From a bacterium (lineage in GTDB: Bacteria > Patescibacteriota > Minisyncoccia > Minisyncoccales > CG1-02-41-26), in the NCBI GenBank assembly GCA_030616605.1, contig JAUWWY010000002.1, positions 118,867 to 182,866 on the forward strand: 64,000 nucleotides of DNA, read 5' to 3'. The notes below the pieces were generated by a model, which saw only the letters and a list, made by a program, of their open reading frames with translations, did no database searches and had not been told where the DNA came from. This document shows positions 60,105-64,000 of the stretch, piece after piece. Position 1 is the first letter of the stretch, and every line of letters begins with the position of its first letter. The position numbers and the translations under genes were made by a program.

Positions 60105-60791
60105 ATGTCTTTTTTTTATATTGTTGCCACCCCAATTGGAAACCTTAAAGACCTGAGTTTGAGAGCAATTGAAATTTTAAATAGTGTTGATTTGATTTTA
60201 GCTGAAGATACAAGAGTTACTAAAAAATTGTTAAACCGGTTTAAAATCAAAAAACCGGTTTTATCTTACCATCAACACTCAAAACTGAAAAAAATAAATT
60301 ATATTATAAAACTTCTCAAAAAAGGAAAGAATTTAGCTTTGGTTTCAGATGCCGGCACCCCGGGAATTTCTGATCCAGGAAACAAATTAGTTGAAGAAGT
60401 GATTAAATCATTGAGTGATCAAGTAAAAATTATCCCTATTCCGGGTGCCTCGGCAGTCACAGTTGCAGCCAGTATTTCCGGTTTTCCAATGGATAAATTT
60501 TTGTTTTTAGGTTTTCCTCCAGCAAAAAGAAAAAGGAAGAAATTTTTTCAAGAAGTTTTAGATTCAAAATATCCAGTGATTTTTTATGAATCACCCCATA
60601 GAATTTTAAAAACACTCAACGAATTAAACCTTGAACTACAAACCACCAACTACAAACTACAGACTATTGTCTGTCGCGAGTTAACAAAAATTTATGAAAC
60701 AGTTTACAGGGGAACAATTGAGGAGGTAATTGAAAAAATTAAAAAAGATAAAATTAAAGGCGAGTTCGTTGTTATAGTAAAAAGAAAATAG
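60105..60791 (+). CDS. rsmI: 16S rRNA C1402 2'-O-methyltransferase
   Basis: VATPIGNL.D, AEDTR, SDAGTPGISDPG, YESPHR, RELTK, KGEFV. Confidence 0.96.
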   Translation: MSFFYIVATPIGNLKDLSLRAIEILNSVDLILAEDTRVTKKLLNRFKIKKPVLSYHQHSKLKKINYIIKLLKKGKNLALVSDAGTPGISDPGNKLVEEVIKSLSDQVKIIPIPGASAVTVAASISGFPMDKFLFLGFPPAKRKRKKFFQEVLDSKYPVIFYESPHRILKTLNELNLELQTTNYKLQTIVCRELTKIYETVYRGTIEEVIEKIKKDKIKGEFVVIVKRK

Positions 60792-61215
60792 CTAAAGAGA
60801 TAATTATAATTTGAGAAAAGATCCCCCAAAGAGGGAATATTTTTTTATCTTCGGGAAAATGAAATTTTTGATGAAAAACCCGCCCTATTTCTAATAATTT
60901 ATTGGAGAAAATTAAATTGAGGAAAACAAAAGCGTCTGGTAAGACAGCAATTAATCCTCCGATAAGGGCCAAAAAGAATTTTTCTGAAAAAAGAAAAACA
61001 AGAAAGACACCTAATGATAAATCAAGAGCAATTTTTAAAAAATCCTTAAAGGAATTTTTCCATTTTTTTTGTTTTATATTTTCAATAGAATATTCCCAGT
61101 GAGGCAGAGTGTCCAAAAGATAATGACTTAAAAAAGCCAAAATCAGAGCTAAGGGTAAAAATTTAATTTTTAAAACTATAGCCGCACCAATTAAAAAATG
61201 AATAGCTAAAATCAT
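60772..61215 (-). CDS. Small membrane protein, possible metal-dependent hydrolase
   Basis: H near the N-terminus, SHYLLD.LPH, LPD, H..FH; hydrophobic. Confidence 0.6.
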   Translation of the reverse strand: MILAIHFLIGAAIVLKIKFLPLALILAFLSHYLLDTLPHWEYSIENIKQKKWKNSFKDFLKIALDLSLGVFLVFLFSEKFFLALIGGLIAVLPDAFVFLNLIFSNKLLEIGRVFHQKFHFPEDKKIFPLWGIFSQIIIISLAIFFLL

Positions 61216-61256
61216 GAAAATTTAATAAAAATATGATAAAATTATTGTAGCATATT

Positions 61257-62705
61257 ATGAAGAGAATTAATAAAAAATTTTTTATTTCTACAGCTATAGA
61301 TTATCCTTCGGAGAAACCGCATCTAGGGCATTGTTTAGAGAAAATCCAGGCAGATGTGTTAGCTCGATATAAGAGACTTCAAGGTTTTGATGTTCATTTC
61401 AGCACGGGTCTAGATGAGCACGGTCTTAAAATACAAAGACGAGCTCAGAAAGCAGGAAAGAATCCCCAGGAGTTTGTAGATGAAATGAGTAGATATTTTA
61501 AGAATTTATGGAAAATACTAAATATTTCAAATGATGATTTTATTCGAACAACTGAAAAAAAGCATATAAAAGTTGTTCAGAAGGTTTTTCAAAAAATCTA
61601 TGAAAAAGGAGATATTTATAAAGGGAAATATAAGGGTTTATACTGTGTGGACTGCGAGAGTTTTTATTTACCGAAAGATTTAGTAGATGGTAAATGTCCT
61701 ATACATCATAAATCCCCCGAATCAATACAAGAGGAGAGTTATTTCTTTAGAATGAATAAACACCAAGAAGCTCTTACTAGATACATCAAAGAGAATGAAA
61801 ATTTTATTATTCCAGGAAGTAGAAGGAATGAGATTTTGAAAAGACTGTCTGAATCTCTTCAGGATTTAAGTATTTCACGAAAAACAGTTAAATGGGGAAT
61901 TCCATTACCCACCGATAAAAAATTCAGTTTGTTCGTTTGGATAGATGCTTTAATAAATTATTTCACAACTATAGATTATCCGAATAAAAAATTTAAAAAA
62001 TTTTGGCCAGTTGATGTCCATATTATTGGCAAGGATATTATTTGGCACCACAGCGTGATTTGGGGTAGTTTACTTTTATCTTTGGGATTGCCATTACCAA
62101 AAACAATATTAGTTCATGGTTTTATTACTTCTGGTGGTCAGAAAATGTCAAAAAGTTTGGGTAATGTTATTGACCCATTTGAGTTGATTGAGAAATACGG
62201 AACTGATCCAGTACGCTATTTTCTTTTGCGGGAAATTTCTCCGACTGAAGATGGTGATTTCACCTATGAGAAATTTGAAAAGAGATATAATGCAGATCTT
62301 GCTTCAGGTTTGGGGAACTTGGTAGCGAGAGTTTTGACAATGGCAGAAAAGATAAACTCAAAGCGCAAAACTCAAAGCGCAAAACTACAGCTCAAAGCTC
62401 AAAACTTAGTAAAAAAAGAAATTGATAAAACTTGGGAAAATTATAAAAATACTTTTGAGCGCTTTAAATTTAATGAAACCTTAGGCACAATTTGGAAATT
62501 GATTGGTTTTTGCGATAGATATATTGAACAGGAAAGGCCCTGGGATAAATCTGAAAGGCAGTTATCAGTTATTAACGATTTATTGTTTTGTTTAAATGAA
62601 ATTGCTAAACTACTTCAACCATTTTTACCGGAAACAGCAGAGAAAATTTTTAAGCAATTAAAGTCTAAAAAAGGAAAACCACTTTTTCCCAGGCTAGGGG
62701 ATTGA
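61257..62705 (+). CDS. metG: Methionine--tRNA ligase (short form)
   Basis: PHLGH, DEHG.KI, C..CE, GKDI..HH, KMSKSLGN, terminal LFPR. Confidence 0.96.
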   Translation: MKRINKKFFISTAIDYPSEKPHLGHCLEKIQADVLARYKRLQGFDVHFSTGLDEHGLKIQRRAQKAGKNPQEFVDEMSRYFKNLWKILNISNDDFIRTTEKKHIKVVQKVFQKIYEKGDIYKGKYKGLYCVDCESFYLPKDLVDGKCPIHHKSPESIQEESYFFRMNKHQEALTRYIKENENFIIPGSRRNEILKRLSESLQDLSISRKTVKWGIPLPTDKKFSLFVWIDALINYFTTIDYPNKKFKKFWPVDVHIIGKDIIWHHSVIWGSLLLSLGLPLPKTILVHGFITSGGQKMSKSLGNVIDPFELIEKYGTDPVRYFLLREISPTEDGDFTYEKFEKRYNADLASGLGNLVARVLTMAEKINSKRKTQSAKLQLKAQNLVKKEIDKTWENYKNTFERFKFNETLGTIWKLIGFCDRYIEQERPWDKSERQLSVINDLLFCLNEIAKLLQPFLPETAEKIFKQLKSKKGKPLFPRLGD

Positions 62706-62819
62706 CAAACATTTTTAATTTTTGCTATCTTAAATTATATTACTCTCAGCTTTGAATCAAACTGAGGGCTTTTAAAACTCATAGTTTGAACCTTAAAAAC
62801 AAAAAGGAAAGAAGAAACA

Positions 62820-63041
62820 ATGGACGTACATGTATCCTCAAGTGAAGATGGTTCTTTACAACGGTTTTCGCACTATTGTGAAGAAAGAGAGGCTATTAAG
62901 AGGAAATTGAATAATTCGAATGTGCCGGCAGGTAAAAGAGAAAGATTGGGTTACCGCCTCAATCTTCTGGAAAGACAACTAATTCCTAATACAATCTTAG
63001 CTGTTCAGAGTCTCCATCAAGAAAGACCCCAGGGGTTTTAG
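62820..63041 (+). CDS. Small hypothetical protein with its own promoter and terminator
   Basis: TTGACA(62702)..TGcTATCTT upstream; hairpin AGGGCGGTTC...GAACCGCCCTTTTT downstream. Confidence 0.55.
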   Translation: MDVHVSSSEDGSLQRFSHYCEEREAIKRKLNNSNVPAGKRERLGYRLNLLERQLIPNTILAVQSLHQERPQGF

Positions 63042-63130
63042 AGGCGGTATCATAGGGCGGTTCAATTAAAATCAGAACCGCCCTTTTTGTTTGAGCTTTA
63101 AATTTTAATTTGCTAAACTTAAAAATGTTT

Positions 63131-63913
63131 ATGCTGATTGATACCCATAGTCATTTAAATTTTACTGATTTTGATAAAGATAGAGACGAAGTTATTCGTC
63201 GCTCTTTAGTTGAAAATACCTGGATGATAAATGCCAGTACCAATTATTTAACCTCTAAGAAAGCAGTTGAAATTGCTGAAAAATATGAGGAGGGAATTTA
63301 TGCTGCTGTTGGGTTACATCCTGGAGATGTTTTAGAGGAGGATTTTAGTTACGAGAAATACAGAGAATTAGCCCATTCGACAGGCTCAGGGCAAGCTAAA
63401 TCAAAGGTAGTGGCAATTGGGGAGGTCGGTTTAGATTATTGGTATAAACCAAAAACTAAAAGAAAGTTTGAATTATTTAAACAAAAACAAAAAGAGATTT
63501 TTTTGAAACAGTTGAATCTGGCAAAGGAATTAAATCTACCAATAATCATTCACTGCCGAGTTGCTCATGAAGATTTATTAAAAATTCTTAAGGGACAGGA
63601 GTTTCAAGGTGTCATTCATTCTTTTACCGGCACCTGGGAACAAGCTGAAAAATATTTAGAAATGGGATTTTATCTCGGCTTTAATGGAATAATTTTTAAA
63701 TTAAATCTTAATGAAATTATTAAAAAAGTTCCTTTAAATAGAATTTTAATTGAAACCGATTCACCCTTTTTAGTACCACCGCCATTGAAAATCAAGAGAT
63801 GTGAGCCGATTTTTGTTAAATATATAGCCCAAGAAATTGCTAAAATTAGAAATGAAAATTTTGAGAAAATAGCTCAAATTACAACAGAAAATGCAAAATC
63901 TCTTTTCTTGTGA
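63131..63913 (+). CDS. tatD: TatD family nuclease; start moved to 63131
   Basis: IDTHSH, GLHP, AIGEVGLD, IHCR, HSF, ETDSPF. Confidence 0.94.
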   Translation: MLIDTHSHLNFTDFDKDRDEVIRRSLVENTWMINASTNYLTSKKAVEIAEKYEEGIYAAVGLHPGDVLEEDFSYEKYRELAHSTGSGQAKSKVVAIGEVGLDYWYKPKTKRKFELFKQKQKEIFLKQLNLAKELNLPIIIHCRVAHEDLLKILKGQEFQGVIHSFTGTWEQAEKYLEMGFYLGFNGIIFKLNLNEIIKKVPLNRILIETDSPFLVPPPLKIKRCEPIFVKYIAQEIAKIRNENFEKIAQITTENAKSLFL

Positions 63914-63946
63914 AAAAGAGAATAAAATGATAAAATAGAGAGCAAA

Positions 63947-64000
63947 ATGGACTACAATCCAAATAAAATTGAAAAGAGATGGCAGAAATTTTGGGAAAGA
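63947..64000 (+). CDS. leuS: Probable leucine--tRNA ligase N-terminus (runs off the window)
   Basis: MDYNPNKIEKRWQKFWE, typical class Ia synthetase start; ValRS and IleRS are already present in the window. Confidence 0.65.
   Translation, partial: MDYNPNKIEKRWQKFWER

Noticed and set aside
1-64000. Alternative genetic code (UGA as Gly, as in some CPR lineages)
   Set aside because: Conserved genes are full-length in code 11 and several end at TGA at the expected C-terminus (archease, metK, polX, metG).

Overview
AT-rich, gene-dense bacterial chromosome segment in the standard genetic code (TGA is used as stop). Gene content suggests a Candidate Phyla Radiation (Patescibacteria/Parcubacteria-like) organism: CPR-type pilins, a short S1 protein, ValRS without the C-terminal coiled coil, and few Shine-Dalgarno sites. 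This assignment is an inference. Most genes are housekeeping: ruvA, murE, rtcB and archease, metK, ftsH, gyrA, recG, recO, polX, guaB, smpB-ssrA-infC-rpmI-rplT, six aminoacyl-tRNA synthetases, four tRNAs and tmRNA. Four things stand out. (1) A 1811-aa HTH-TM-fibre surface protein is built from modules separated by an in-frame 14-nt sequence, GTCGGCATCGGGAC, conserved at the DNA level, which suggests cassette shuffling. (2) An Elp3 gene and a Trm9/ALKBH8-like gene are divergent with overlapping start codons and sit next to a rare tRNA-Ile(UAU). (3) Many conserved proteins carry small in-frame insertions, either heptamer tandem repeats or REP-like palindromes, sometimes nested. (4) A structured non-coding element of about 100 nt occurs twice, upstream of two translation-related genes. 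No CRISPR array, transposase, integrase or reverse transcriptase was seen. All calls come from motif recognition by eye; no searches were run.
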